IMG/VR virus record: IMGVR_UViG_3300042402_007915
Span: 64,001-128,000 of that record
Length of the DNA stretch: 64,000 nucleotides
Origin: a virus
Strand: one strand, 5' to 3'
Shown here: one piece after another, positions 25,246 to 34,933 of the stretch
Layout of the letters: the number at the start of each line of letters is the position of its first letter
How positions within the stretch are numbered: position 1 is the stretch's first letter
The notes under the pieces: generated by a model
Told to the model about the DNA's origin: nothing
The model's database searches: none
The model's input: only the letters and a program-made list of their open reading frames with translations
Made by a program: the position numbers and the translations under genes

Positions 25246-28078
25246 GGTATTTGCTCAACAGGTTGCAGATAGAAGCATTGCAACCTTTCGTTCGAGTAGA
25301 GGTTCAGTTGAAGAGGCCGCCGATGCTAGGGCGGCCGTAAGTTCTTTCTTCCTCAAGGTCATAGAGGCTGACCTCAACCTTGTTGAACAGGGGGATTATA
25401 TTGACCCCGAGAAGATGAGCCTGCTTAATCAGTACCTCAGTACTCTTGCTGTGCTGACCGAAGAAGCCTACTCTAACCTTGTCGCAAGAGAAAAAGAGTT
25501 TGCAAACGTGTCAGACGCTTTAGACACGGCCCTCTCTAGTTCACTCGTGAAAGTAAACCAGAAGCACTCGGCTCTTAAGTCTCTGTCGTCTACGGCAGCA
25601 CAAGTGGTCCGTGAAGGTTTTAAGAGGAGAGAGCGGCTGGCTTTAACTGGAGCTGCCGAAGAGCTTGCACTGTTCTCCAGGCAGGGAGTTGCTACTCTAC
25701 CTATTGAAAGCGAAGCCATCGTATCTATCTCAAAGATGTCTATCGCTCGTGGCTCTAACGGCATTAACGGAAACTCGGATAGAAAGGTGTTGCCTGAACT
25801 TGGGTACCTAAGTTCAATCTTGGACAGCAATCCAGACAACCACTTTGAGTACGAGTCTTACAAGCGTGGACCTTTAACTCTCAAGCTCAGAGTACAGCTT
25901 GACCGAGAATCTATTGTTAACCATCTACGTTTCAAGTTTGTGAATCCGGAAAGCGTTCCAAGTTTTACTGTTGAAAACATTCTAATCAACGACAAGAACT
26001 TGGGCATGATGAGCGTCAAGGAGTTGTGCCCTAACAGAAAGGAGCCAGACTTCTGGGACGCCATCAATGAGGATGGCACGGGGAACTGGGAGGTTGTTTT
26101 CCTCCCAGTAATCGCAACAGAGTTCACGCTTGTTCTGAAGCAGACACACGCCAACACTGAAGGCAGAAAGGCCATTGGTATCGGCGGCATGGAAGTAAAA
26201 GGAATTCGGTTCAAATCAAGTGGAAAGATTTCTTCAAAGCCAAGGGGGCTGGCTTCGTCTCTGTACTACGCAGAGAGACGCGCCCGTATTTTCCCTCCAG
26301 GTGAACGCTTCTACAAAGCAGATATCAAAACAGAGTATGAAATTGACGGTACAATAGCTCGTGACATTCATGGCCTCAGTGGTGAGGAGCAGGACATGAG
26401 TTGGTCTTGTTCCTTGAGAAGGAAAGAAGGTGCCGTCAGCTCCGCCAAGACGCTTCTAACCAAAGAAGAGTTGTACGAGGTAGATACCCTTACTAGGACA
26501 ATCAACCCAAACAGGTCTCCTGCTCTCGTTCCCCTAAACGTAGACCTTGAAGACACAAAGCTTTTAGTCGTTCAGCCAAACATTGCCAAGGTGGGAGAGA
26601 GGTCAGAACCCGTATCTCTTGGTCGTCTAAACACCGGGCAGTATCGAGTCACAACTCCGACCTCTATCCTTGAAAGAGACTTTGACGTAAGTGACCTTGT
26701 CGTGGAAGTAAGCGGCGAAAGATATGATTACGTTCAGGACACTGCTTCACTTGGAACTGCAAACTGGACCTTCTCCGAACTCTACAAGAAGATCATCCTC
26801 TCGGACGATGCTCCCTCTGGGGGAGAAGTTACTGTCCGGTTTAAGCCAGAAGTTCCTGTCTGGGAGAAGACACCTAACGGCTATGCCTGTAACCCAAGCT
26901 TCCTCTTTGATCCCGACAAGAAGCTTATCAGCATCTCCTTGACGGATGAACTCAACGCAAGCAAGGTCTTCAATCTGCCTAGGAACCAAGAAGTCATCCG
27001 CCTCCCGCACAAGCATATCAACCGAGATAGTGCTCAGCTTGTGGGTTCTGATGGTGTTGTTCTCGAGCTTGTAGATACTGTTGCCGAGCTTGCCTCTGGT
27101 AAGTGGTACCTCGATGAAAGTATTGGTGTTGTGAAGCTGTATGAAAGTTCAGGCCTTCTTGCGCTTACTCTTCACTACAGCTGTTCGCCTCGTACTGAGG
27201 TGAGAAAAGAACAGTACTCGGTGCTATTCGAAGGGGTTACTCCGAAGAGCCTCTTGGTGAGTTCGGAAGCTTTTAATGCATTCAGTGTTAGCGAACGTAA
27301 GGGCGATGAATTGATTAGCCGCAACAACCCGGTGACAGGGCGCTGGGGAGCAAGGAATGACCCCTACACTGGTGTCTCCAACAAGAAGCGCCTTTCATAC
27401 GAATCAATTATCAAGGGCACTCTTAAGACCAAGAACTTGTTTGTTGTCGGAGAAGACGCAGAAGAAATCCCGTACATTAACGGGTACTTGGAATTCTTAG
27501 GCGCCACTTATTCGGAAGAGAAGACAAACCAAACAGCTCCTGTTGCGGGTGTTGTTACGTTCTCTCTTGCCGGCGGCTCTCTTACTCTCAAGGAACTTGG
27601 TGTTCGTTTTTCAGACACAAGTGTGTTTGTTTCCCAGAAGGCTTTGTTGGGTGGGTTGTCCTCTACAGGTGACTACCACATTTCAAACTCTGGTGTTGTT
27701 TCGGTCAAGAGACCAACAGCACTGCCTGCAGACATTACTGTGTCCTACTACTACAGCAACCCAAGGTTTGTTTCCTCTAACAAGTATTCTGTCGATTACA
27801 GAAACGGAGACATCTTTAGTGAAACAGACATGAGGGACGAAGGAATAATTAGGTACAAAGTTTGTCCCTCTGTAATCGAGTATGATATCGTTAAAGAGTT
27901 AACAGAGGCTGTGTATTATGATGAGACGAATCTGTTGACTGTTGCAACAGAGGAAATGCTGCCTGTAAATAACAAGGTCAAAGTCTTCTGGAAGAAAACA
28001 GTGAACGTAGATACGCTAGAGGATTTGGCGGCCTACTTCTCCCCCATTGTGACAGCAATCACTCATAGGTACTACTAA
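25211..28078 (+). CDS. Virion structural protein (paralogue trio, member 2)
   Basis: LRVQL...VNHLRF...FLPVIATEFTLVLKQ, C-terminal SPIVTAI. Confidence 0.6.
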   Translation: MRTNLLGQESPKVFAQQVADRSIATFRSSRGSVEEAADARAAVSSFFLKVIEADLNLVEQGDYIDPEKMSLLNQYLSTLAVLTEEAYSNLVAREKEFANVSDALDTALSSSLVKVNQKHSALKSLSSTAAQVVREGFKRRERLALTGAAEELALFSRQGVATLPIESEAIVSISKMSIARGSNGINGNSDRKVLPELGYLSSILDSNPDNHFEYESYKRGPLTLKLRVQLDRESIVNHLRFKFVNPESVPSFTVENILINDKNLGMMSVKELCPNRKEPDFWDAINEDGTGNWEVVFLPVIATEFTLVLKQTHANTEGRKAIGIGGMEVKGIRFKSSGKISSKPRGLASSLYYAERRARIFPPGERFYKADIKTEYEIDGTIARDIHGLSGEEQDMSWSCSLRRKEGAVSSAKTLLTKEELYEVDTLTRTINPNRSPALVPLNVDLEDTKLLVVQPNIAKVGERSEPVSLGRLNTGQYRVTTPTSILERDFDVSDLVVEVSGERYDYVQDTASLGTANWTFSELYKKIILSDDAPSGGEVTVRFKPEVPVWEKTPNGYACNPSFLFDPDKKLISISLTDELNASKVFNLPRNQEVIRLPHKHINRDSAQLVGSDGVVLELVDTVAELASGKWYLDESIGVVKLYESSGLLALTLHYSCSPRTEVRKEQYSVLFEGVTPKSLLVSSEAFNAFSVSERKGDELISRNNPVTGRWGARNDPYTGVSNKKRLSYESIIKGTLKTKNLFVVGEDAEEIPYINGYLEFLGATYSEEKTNQTAPVAGVVTFSLAGGSLTLKELGVRFSDTSVFVSQKALLGGLSSTGDYHISNSGVVSVKRPTALPADITVSYYYSNPRFVSSNKYSVDYRNGDIFSETDMRDEGIIRYKVCPSVIEYDIVKELTEAVYYDETNLLTVATEEMLPVNNKVKVFWKKTVNVDTLEDLAAYFSPIVTAITHRYY

Positions 28079-30048
28079 TGAAACCCAAGCTAGAAGAAGC
28101 CATCGCAACCTTTGTCCTTGAGAATAGAAGGGCTCCATCTGCGTACGAGCTTAGACTTCTTGAGGAAGGGGTAAATAAAAACCCCCTACCGGATTTTGAT
28201 CCGGAGGGGGTGGAGATTGCTTTCAGAGAACAGTCTGACGCATTTAAGTTCAGCAAGTTAATGAAGCAAAGATTTGTTCGTGGGTTGAAGGCTTACGAAG
28301 AGATGCTCATGCAGTCCGCCAAGCTTAGGGAAGAACTGATCTTCAAAAAGCACGCCGCTAGTAGAATGCTGGATCGTCTTGCTCGGGTAGAGCAAGGGCT
28401 CGACAACATCTTGCTGAAAAAAGAAAACAAGTTGTTCTTCGCTACGGCAGAAGAGACCTTTGATACTAGAGCCAAGGTGGTAAGACAGAGCACTACGGCG
28501 TCTATTAAAGATGGCAATGTCTTCCTTGGTAAAACAAATGAAAGCAGCATTGAACTGTCTTCGGGAATGATTTCGTATGCGATCTATGCGCCCAAAGGCA
28601 TCATCTCCAAAGCTGTAACCGAAAGCACAGAGGCCCTAAAAAACAACGACGGGGTTATGTGGAATGCTTTTGTTTACACCGACTACGAGGTGGGAGAGAT
28701 TGCATTAGAGCTAACCATCGAATTGCCAAAGCCAACCACTATCAAGAGGCTTGAACTGATAGGCCCTCCAGTGAACGGCAACTCAGATACAACAGTCGCT
28801 GTCTTCTCTAGGTCCCCTAATGGGAAGCTGCAATCCATTGCTCCAGGTGAAGAAGCCTTTAGGAGCCTAAACACTTTCTTGGTGAACAAAGACGAAGTCG
28901 CTTCAATCAGCATTGTGCTCAAGAAGTCTGCCTTCGACACAAAAACTGATTCGGGAAGACAGAACGTCTACGTGTTCAGTCTAGACCAGTTGGTGTTGTA
29001 TGGAAGGGGGACGGAAGAGAGTCTGGAGTCTGTGTTGGTTTGCGGCCCCTACTCCTTCCTCAAGGACAATACCGCAGTTAAGTTTCAAAAGGCTCAGCTC
29101 TTCCCTTGTGAGTTCAAACCTAAAGACACAAGCATTAGTTACTTCCTGTCTGATGACGGCACCAACTTCCTTCCTTGGACTTCTGAGCCTGTACACTTCC
29201 AAGAGGAGGCAGAAGGAACAAGCGCGGCCCTCATTGAAGAGCTAGAGAACGGACAGTCTTTGATTGCAGATCCTGAAGTAATTGAAGAAGCAGAACTTCA
29301 AGTTTCACTGTCATACGAAGACGAAGCCATCGTCAATAAATACATTGATCCGGATGAAGCTGCCAATGTTCCTCTAACAACCCTCTTGGTCAAGAGAGGA
29401 ATCCTAACTGCAAGTAACAGAGATGTTAAGTTCTTCAACGCTACCTCGGGATGGAGATACAAGCGCGGAATCTATTACACATGCGTAGTCGTTAAAGAAG
29501 GGGAGGGCAAGACCCTGGACTTTGGACCCAACTCAATCAGGGTCAACGGCGTAGAGAAGAGCGGCCTAGTTACTTTCCCTCAAGGTATCAACGAAGTAGG
29601 TGTGTACAGTGCTAACTGGAAAACAATTGAACCACAAGCCCTAACAGAAGTGGAGCTTGAACAAGAAGACTCTCTGTACCCCTATAACCATAAGTACCTA
29701 CTACAAGGCTATCAGTATGCAATAGGATACACCGGAGAGAAGATCTACAACGGCTTTGATGAAATGTTTGCCGTGAAAATGGACTTCGTGTACCCAGAAA
29801 TTTTTGCAGTAAAGGACCTGACAGAAGAAGATTTCTATTCGGTCTTTACGGTAGAAGAAGAAGAAACGGGCTCCTTCATTAAAGTCAAGATTGACAGAAG
29901 CAGCCAAGAGTGGGTTAACGAACTCATCTCTGTATCCTGGTCCAAGATCTCGGCAAGCAGAACTCAGCTATGGGTCAAGGCCATACTAAGAACAACAGTG
30001 CCGGGACTAAGCCCGAGACTCGAATCCTTTAAGCTTCAGGTGGGGTAA
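28078..30048 (+). CDS. Virion structural protein (paralogue trio, member 3)
   Basis: LTIEL...IKRLEL...ISIVLKK...YVFSL, C-terminal SPRLESF. Confidence 0.6.
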   Translation: MKPKLEEAIATFVLENRRAPSAYELRLLEEGVNKNPLPDFDPEGVEIAFREQSDAFKFSKLMKQRFVRGLKAYEEMLMQSAKLREELIFKKHAASRMLDRLARVEQGLDNILLKKENKLFFATAEETFDTRAKVVRQSTTASIKDGNVFLGKTNESSIELSSGMISYAIYAPKGIISKAVTESTEALKNNDGVMWNAFVYTDYEVGEIALELTIELPKPTTIKRLELIGPPVNGNSDTTVAVFSRSPNGKLQSIAPGEEAFRSLNTFLVNKDEVASISIVLKKSAFDTKTDSGRQNVYVFSLDQLVLYGRGTEESLESVLVCGPYSFLKDNTAVKFQKAQLFPCEFKPKDTSISYFLSDDGTNFLPWTSEPVHFQEEAEGTSAALIEELENGQSLIADPEVIEEAELQVSLSYEDEAIVNKYIDPDEAANVPLTTLLVKRGILTASNRDVKFFNATSGWRYKRGIYYTCVVVKEGEGKTLDFGPNSIRVNGVEKSGLVTFPQGINEVGVYSANWKTIEPQALTEVELEQEDSLYPYNHKYLLQGYQYAIGYTGEKIYNGFDEMFAVKMDFVYPEIFAVKDLTEEDFYSVFTVEEEETGSFIKVKIDRSSQEWVNELISVSWSKISASRTQLWVKAILRTTVPGLSPRLESFKLQVG

Positions 30049-30051
30049 CAA

Positions 30052-31341
30052 ATGGCTACGCTAACTAACAAACTACATACTGTCACTCAAGCGACAAGCA
30101 AGTTGGTCGCTGATAGGAGCGTAGTGAAGGACCTGGCAGGGATCGTTGAGCAACTTAACGAAGTCAACTACCCCCTGTTTGACGCACTACCGAGTACTGG
30201 TAAGGGTCATAACATTGATGCACTGGACTACGGTCTAAGTGGGAATGTCGTCTTTACTGACGTTGAAGCAAGTCTTGGTTCTGAACCTGTGTACTGGAAC
30301 ACTGCTCAGGGTAGACCTTGTACTGTTAAAGAGAGCCTTGAGGAAGTAAGTGCGCGGCTTGTTGGGCTGGACAATACAGTGGCGGCCCTTAATGACATTG
30401 CAGAGTACGATGACAGCGCTCTGTCTGACGGATTGGCAGAGCTTGAACTTAAAGTGGGGCAGGTTGCAGAGGATTCCTTTGGCGCTGGTTACACCTTGAA
30501 TTCAGATGGCGCCACCGTACTTCCCTACTCTGTGGCTGAGGTCCTAGACGCCCTGGGCGGGCTGTGTGAGGGCTATCTGGGGACAGGGCTAACCCACAGC
30601 GGTACTTTCCCAAGCATCTCCATCGCGAGAGGCTCAGTGTCGGAACTTGATGGAAACCTAGCTGAAATCTACGGAGCTATTGGCCTAGAAGAAGGTGACG
30701 AAACTATTGATTACTCCCTAGCTGGAGGTCCTTGGTCCTTTACCGATGGAATGTCTCTCGCACATGCAATGGTTAGTGTCGACGAGAACCTGTTCCGTCA
30801 ATGGGGAGAGCGTACCTTTGAAGCAGATCATCTTCACATCAATACTTCGGACACAGAAGTTAACGTAAGCTTTAACGCCTTGAGTTACCTCGGAGGAGAT
30901 GAAACGTACTTCCAAACCTTGGACATTACAGAGAACGTCGGCGCCCACTACTTTTCTCTCCAGGTAGTACCCCCAGTAGACGAAGACGGAAGAGCCCCTT
31001 CACAACTACAAGTAGAAGTATTCGCAACCTTCCTAAACCCACCCTCAGCAGGTACTGTAGCCAAGCTAGAAGTCTATGGACAAAACCAAGTCCCCTCAGG
31101 CCCACGGCTCCTAAGACACGGAGATGCACTAAACGTAGGCCACAAGCTTCTTGAAACCCTTACCTTCACCTACTCGGCTGTGAACACCCTTCATATTGCT
31201 ACCGGGAGTATGCACTCTATCGATAGCACCAACAAGGGTTTGATCACGCTGAAGTTCAAACGTCATTTTGGAACAATTGTCGGAGACGACTTCGATGGAA
31301 CACTCTCCGTACTGTTAGTAAAAGTTAAATGGTTCAAGTAA
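30052..31341 (+). CDS. Putative fibre-like virion protein
   Basis: Coiled-coil middle region and beta-rich C-terminal domain; near the end of the structural operon. Confidence 0.5.
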   Translation: MATLTNKLHTVTQATSKLVADRSVVKDLAGIVEQLNEVNYPLFDALPSTGKGHNIDALDYGLSGNVVFTDVEASLGSEPVYWNTAQGRPCTVKESLEEVSARLVGLDNTVAALNDIAEYDDSALSDGLAELELKVGQVAEDSFGAGYTLNSDGATVLPYSVAEVLDALGGLCEGYLGTGLTHSGTFPSISIARGSVSELDGNLAEIYGAIGLEEGDETIDYSLAGGPWSFTDGMSLAHAMVSVDENLFRQWGERTFEADHLHINTSDTEVNVSFNALSYLGGDETYFQTLDITENVGAHYFSLQVVPPVDEDGRAPSQLQVEVFATFLNPPSAGTVAKLEVYGQNQVPSGPRLLRHGDALNVGHKLLETLTFTYSAVNTLHIATGSMHSIDSTNKGLITLKFKRHFGTIVGDDFDGTLSVLLVKVKWFK

Positions 31342-31356
31342 CCGAGGAGGCGACCT

Positions 31357-31770
31357 ATGGCAGAAAAGAACGCTGAAGAGGTGCTTCAGAGCTTACAAGC
31401 AATGAGACAAGAAGACCTTCGCGCCCTTGCCGAAAAGGAACGCGACCTAGTTTCAATGATTAGGGTCATGGAAGGAAGGCAGAATGCTCGGCTTCAAAGA
31501 GTTGAAGACAACCTCGCAAGGATAACAACCGACAGAGATTCAGACGTGGCAGATGCAAAAGAGTCCTTGAAAGAGATCAACGAAAAGATTAGTGCTATCT
31601 CGACTAAGCTCGTACAGCACAATCTGGACTTTGCAACGTTTAGCGCCAAGTTCAGTACTAAGACTGAAGGGGCCGATAATCTACTATGGAGGATTGTAGT
31701 GCCACTAATCACTGGTGTAGGAGTAGGCGCGGCCCTATTACTCGCTAAAGTAGTACTGGGGGTTTCATGA
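31357..31770 (+). CDS. Coiled-coil protein with C-terminal TM helix (holin/XhlA-like candidate)
   Basis: GAGGAGG RBS; heptad pattern; LLWRIVVPLITGVGVGAALLLAKVVL. Confidence 0.5.
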   Translation: MAEKNAEEVLQSLQAMRQEDLRALAEKERDLVSMIRVMEGRQNARLQRVEDNLARITTDRDSDVADAKESLKEINEKISAISTKLVQHNLDFATFSAKFSTKTEGADNLLWRIVVPLITGVGVGAALLLAKVVLGVS

Positions 31771-31988
31771 CAGAACTGCAATACCAAAGAGTATTGGCTC
31801 GTCTAACTAAACTAGAAAACACAATGAATGACTTGATCACTGCACACCAACACTTCATCACTGCTCTCCAGGTAACAGAACTACTAACTATTACCCAAGC
31901 AAAGATTGAAGAGCTCAGGATCACTACCGAGTCTCTTGTGGATAGGGTAGAGGTCCTAGAGGAAGAGCCTTACGAAGACCGAACGTAA
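31767..31988 (+). CDS. Small coiled-coil protein
   Basis: ATGA overlap; last gene before the terminator. Confidence 0.55.
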   Translation: MTELQYQRVLARLTKLENTMNDLITAHQHFITALQVTELLTITQAKIEELRITTESLVDRVEVLEEEPYEDRT

Positions 31989-32004
31989 CCGCAGAAGAGA
32001 AAAT

Positions 32005-32034
32005 AAAAGGGGAGGCACTAAGCCTCCCCCTTTT
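32005..32034. terminator. Bidirectional intrinsic terminator at the convergent strand switch
   Basis: AAAA-GGGGAGGC-actaa-GCCTCCCC-c-TTTT between convergent stops at 31988 and 32033. Confidence 0.88.
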
Positions 32035-32455
32035 ACTGTATATTGTATCTTGCTGAGTAATTTTCGTCCCGCTTCTCAAAGAAGAGGACAAAAAGTTCTG
32101 AACCGTCCTCTCTGATGAAGTGATATGCATCGTGCAACAGGGCTTCGATATACTTTAAGGCCTCAATCGAACCACCAAATGCTTCCGTAACGAGGTTGGG
32201 GCCGAGAGTTAGATAAGTTCTCCACGATGTTAAATTCGAATCGGATGTTTTGGTAATGAATGACGTACAAGAGTATGTGGTAGCAATCTCCTTACCTATA
32301 CGAAAAGAGATGTCATCCAAAAAGTTGATAACAGGGTCTTTGCTTAGGGGCCAAGAGCTGGGCAGGCCTAATCGATGAGGACCTACCTGGGCAGGAGTAG
32401 TTTCAACTACGGTATCCCAAGCCGAAGATTTGGGAACCTCAAGGCTTAATCTCAC
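32033..32455 (-). CDS. KLNL-W leader family protein (array member 13)
   Basis: GTG start in GTGA overlap; leader VRLSLEVPKSSAW; core INFLDDIS. Confidence 0.75.
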   Translation of the reverse strand: MRLSLEVPKSSAWDTVVETTPAQVGPHRLGLPSSWPLSKDPVINFLDDISFRIGKEIATTYSCTSFITKTSDSNLTSWRTYLTLGPNLVTEAFGGSIEALKYIEALLHDAYHFIREDGSELFVLFFEKRDENYSARYNIQ

Positions 32456-32883
32456 GAGTTTCTTCCTCTGTATGCGAAGTACCACTTACCATCGGGAGGT
32501 CTCCGAGAGAAATCGTAAACGTAAATAGCGTCGCTATGTCTGCGTAGATTGCTGTATGCTCTTTCAAACCACTCAATAAGTTCCCTAAGGAAAGGGTCAT
32601 TTGCATTTGGTAACGACGCAAAAGCCGTCTCTACCTCCATAACGGAGAATGCATGTGCATAGTCAATTCTGTGCGATGGAAGACTATGACACAAGACAAC
32701 AGGAAGGTTTCGTTTAACGCCAGCCTCCAGTGCACAATGCAGAGATAAGGCATTTGCGAACTCTACACCATCAGAATATCGTTTCTGAAACACGTCAATT
32801 AAATCTGGAGAAGAAGCATCGCCTGCCTCTGAAGGAGGTACATCCCAAATTGAAGACCTAACTGAACCAAGGTTTAACTTCAC
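32452..32883 (-). CDS. KLNL-W leader family protein (member 12)
   Basis: Leader MKLNLGSVRSSIW; FANALS...HSDAIYVYDF...YRG. Confidence 0.8.
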   Translation of the reverse strand: MKLNLGSVRSSIWDVPPSEAGDASSPDLIDVFQKRYSDGVEFANALSLHCALEAGVKRNLPVVLCHSLPSHRIDYAHAFSVMEVETAFASLPNANDPFLRELIEWFERAYSNLRRHSDAIYVYDFSRRPPDGKWYFAYRGRNS

Positions 32884-33311
32884 AGACCTCCTCCTCTGTA
32901 TCCAAAGTAGGAATAAAAGCTAGAAGGGTAACGATTGAAGTCGTAAACGTAAATGGCGTCTTTGTGACACAATGAAGAACTATATGCTCTTTGAAGTGAC
33001 TCGACTAAACAGCCTAAGAGCACATGTTCTTTATCAGGCAACCTTGAGTAAGCCGTTTGAACGGTTTGTCGTTCCAATGTAATCCCTCGATAGTGGCTGT
33101 ATTCATTACAATCGCTAAGCAAAGAAATGGGAAGGCCTCGCTTGTAAGCGGCTTCGGTTGCAAGATGCATAGATAATGCGTTCAAGAAGTCTATGGGAGA
33201 ATCGTATTGTCTTTCAAATACGTCGGTCAAATCCAAAGGAGGGACAGCTTTACCTTCAGGTGGAACTGTATCCCAAATTGAAGATCTACTTAGCTCAAGG
33301 TTTAATATCAC
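32880..33311 (-). CDS. KLNL-W leader family protein (member 11)
   Basis: Leader MILNLELSRSSIW; FLNALS...HKDAIYVYDF...YRGG. Confidence 0.8.
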   Translation of the reverse strand: MILNLELSRSSIWDTVPPEGKAVPPLDLTDVFERQYDSPIDFLNALSMHLATEAAYKRGLPISLLSDCNEYSHYRGITLERQTVQTAYSRLPDKEHVLLGCLVESLQRAYSSSLCHKDAIYVYDFNRYPSSFYSYFGYRGGGL

Positions 33312-33733
33312 CTGCCACCTCGATACCCAACATAATGTCCACCCGGGCTGTGAAAACGAGCGAAATCGTAAGCGTAAATAGCCTGTCGATGTCTTGAGGA
33401 CTCATAAGCGAGCCTAAGCCTCTGAAGGATAAACTGAACTTCAGGGCTGTCCTTATCTGGTAATGACCTGAAAGCCTCATCAACTCTTTCTTTATTTAAC
33501 GTAAAGCCCCAAACAGTATCTCTAGTGGGAAAATAACAACATAAAAGACAAGGGATCTCCCGCTTAGAAGCGTATTCCTGTGCAAGTTCTAGAGACAATA
33601 TATTCAGGAACCCTAAGGGGGTAGGATAGTTTCTACCAAACAGATCGGTATGGTCCAAGGAAGGAGCGTCTATTGTTTCGGAAAGAAATCCTTCCCAAAC
33701 AGATGATCTGGTTCCCTCAAGGTTCAGCCTCAT
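33308..33733 (-). CDS. KLNL-W leader family protein (member 10)
   Basis: Leader MRLNLEGTRSSVW; FLNILS...HRQAIYAYDF...YRGG. Confidence 0.8.
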   Translation of the reverse strand: MRLNLEGTRSSVWEGFLSETIDAPSLDHTDLFGRNYPTPLGFLNILSLELAQEYASKREIPCLLCCYFPTRDTVWGFTLNKERVDEAFRSLPDKDSPEVQFILQRLRLAYESSRHRQAIYAYDFARFHSPGGHYVGYRGGR

Positions 33734-34155
33734 AAGTATCCACCTCTATACCCTGTATAGATAACAGGGCACGATGGACGGAGAGAAAATTCAACAACAT
33801 TAATCGAACGGCAAAGCGGAGGTGTGACAGACAAAGGCACGTTACAAGTATGCCTAAAAGAGGAAATCAAACGCTCAATTTGAAGATCGTTTTTGTTTGG
33901 TAAGGACGAAAATACACTGTTTACGTAATCTTCCAGAAACGCGTAGGCCAAAATAGTTTTCTCCCCGAAGTCAGAAAGAAAAGCAAGCGGAAGGTTTTGT
34001 TCAGTTGCAATCTCTTGTGCAACAGACAAGGACAATGCATTCAGAAACTCTAAAGCAGAAGTGTATTCCCTTTCAAAGATATCGGTGCAGTTCTTCTCTC
34101 TAGGTGAGATTGCATCCCAGAGAGAATGTTTGGGAACGTTCACGTCAAGACGCAA
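33730..34155 (-). CDS. KLNL-W leader family protein (member 9)
   Basis: TTG start after AGGAGG; leader MRLDVNVPKHSLW; FLNALS...YRGG. Confidence 0.78.
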   Translation of the reverse strand: MRLDVNVPKHSLWDAISPREKNCTDIFEREYTSALEFLNALSLSVAQEIATEQNLPLAFLSDFGEKTILAYAFLEDYVNSVFSSLPNKNDLQIERLISSFRHTCNVPLSVTPPLCRSINVVEFSLRPSCPVIYTGYRGGYL

Positions 34156-34933
34156 AGGAAGACCTCCTGAGTTCAGCAGCTAGGGTTTTATTGGCAAGCT
34201 CTTGCTCTTGTGAAATAGATATCACTTCAGCAAGGTACTTAAGCTCTGCAGCTTTAGCGTCCTCAAAAGCATCATGGTCGGGTTGTATTTGATCCATGAA
34301 ATCCATAAGCCAATGATAGTTGACTAACTGATCAGAACAGTATTGAACAAAGTTCGTCTCATCACAGTTGCGAGCCACCATACTTTTGTCCAGGAAAGGA
34401 AACTCTCGCCGAGAAAAGTCTTCCCAGTAGTGATTGAAGTGAGCAGCATCAGCGAGTGCTGAAAATAGAACTCCAATTTTGTCCGGAGAAGGTCTTGGCA
34501 TGTGGTAGTATTTGTCTTTGTAAACAAAAGTGTACGTCGGAAAAGCTAATCTAACGCCATTGTTGGGAAGCATCTTTTTGATCGTAGAGACGAAAGGTAA
34601 ATTCAAAAAGAAAATCGGTGACAGGAAGACAATCCCACAAAGAGTCAAAACGAATGCATTCTGGAGCAATACGCTTACGAGAAAAAGAAAGAGCAGACTT
34701 GCTAGCCACAAGTCCAGACTTACGTAGAAGTAAAAAGCAAGCTGCTGAGAGCTAACGGGCAAATTGTTAGTTTTAGCGAAAGTATTGCTCCGAACCAAAA
34801 CGCGCACTTCTTTCTCAAAATGTGCCTTGGCTGGATGATTGTGGAGATTCTCATAAAGGGAGACAAGGTCTGCCTTAATCTTTAATTTCTGCTCAGTGGC
34901 CGATGAAGAGGTATTACCCTGGACGGTAGGCAT
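34145..34933 (-). CDS. Two-TM membrane protein interrupting the array
   Basis: Hydrophobic LWLASLLFLFLVSVLL and AFVLTLCGIVFLSPIFFL; start ATG 34933 after GGGGAG. Confidence 0.7.
   Translation of the reverse strand: MPTVQGNTSSSATEQKLKIKADLVSLYENLHNHPAKAHFEKEVRVLVRSNTFAKTNNLPVSSQQLAFYFYVSLDLWLASLLFLFLVSVLLQNAFVLTLCGIVFLSPIFFLNLPFVSTIKKMLPNNGVRLAFPTYTFVYKDKYYHMPRPSPDKIGVLFSALADAAHFNHYWEDFSRREFPFLDKSMVARNCDETNFVQYCSDQLVNYHWLMDFMDQIQPDHDAFEDAKAAELKYLAEVISISQEQELANKTLAAELRRSSFAS

Noticed and set aside
152-31787. Numerous 60-180 aa ORFs antisense or out of frame within the structural operon
   Set aside because: Nested in long coupled genes, no recognisable motifs
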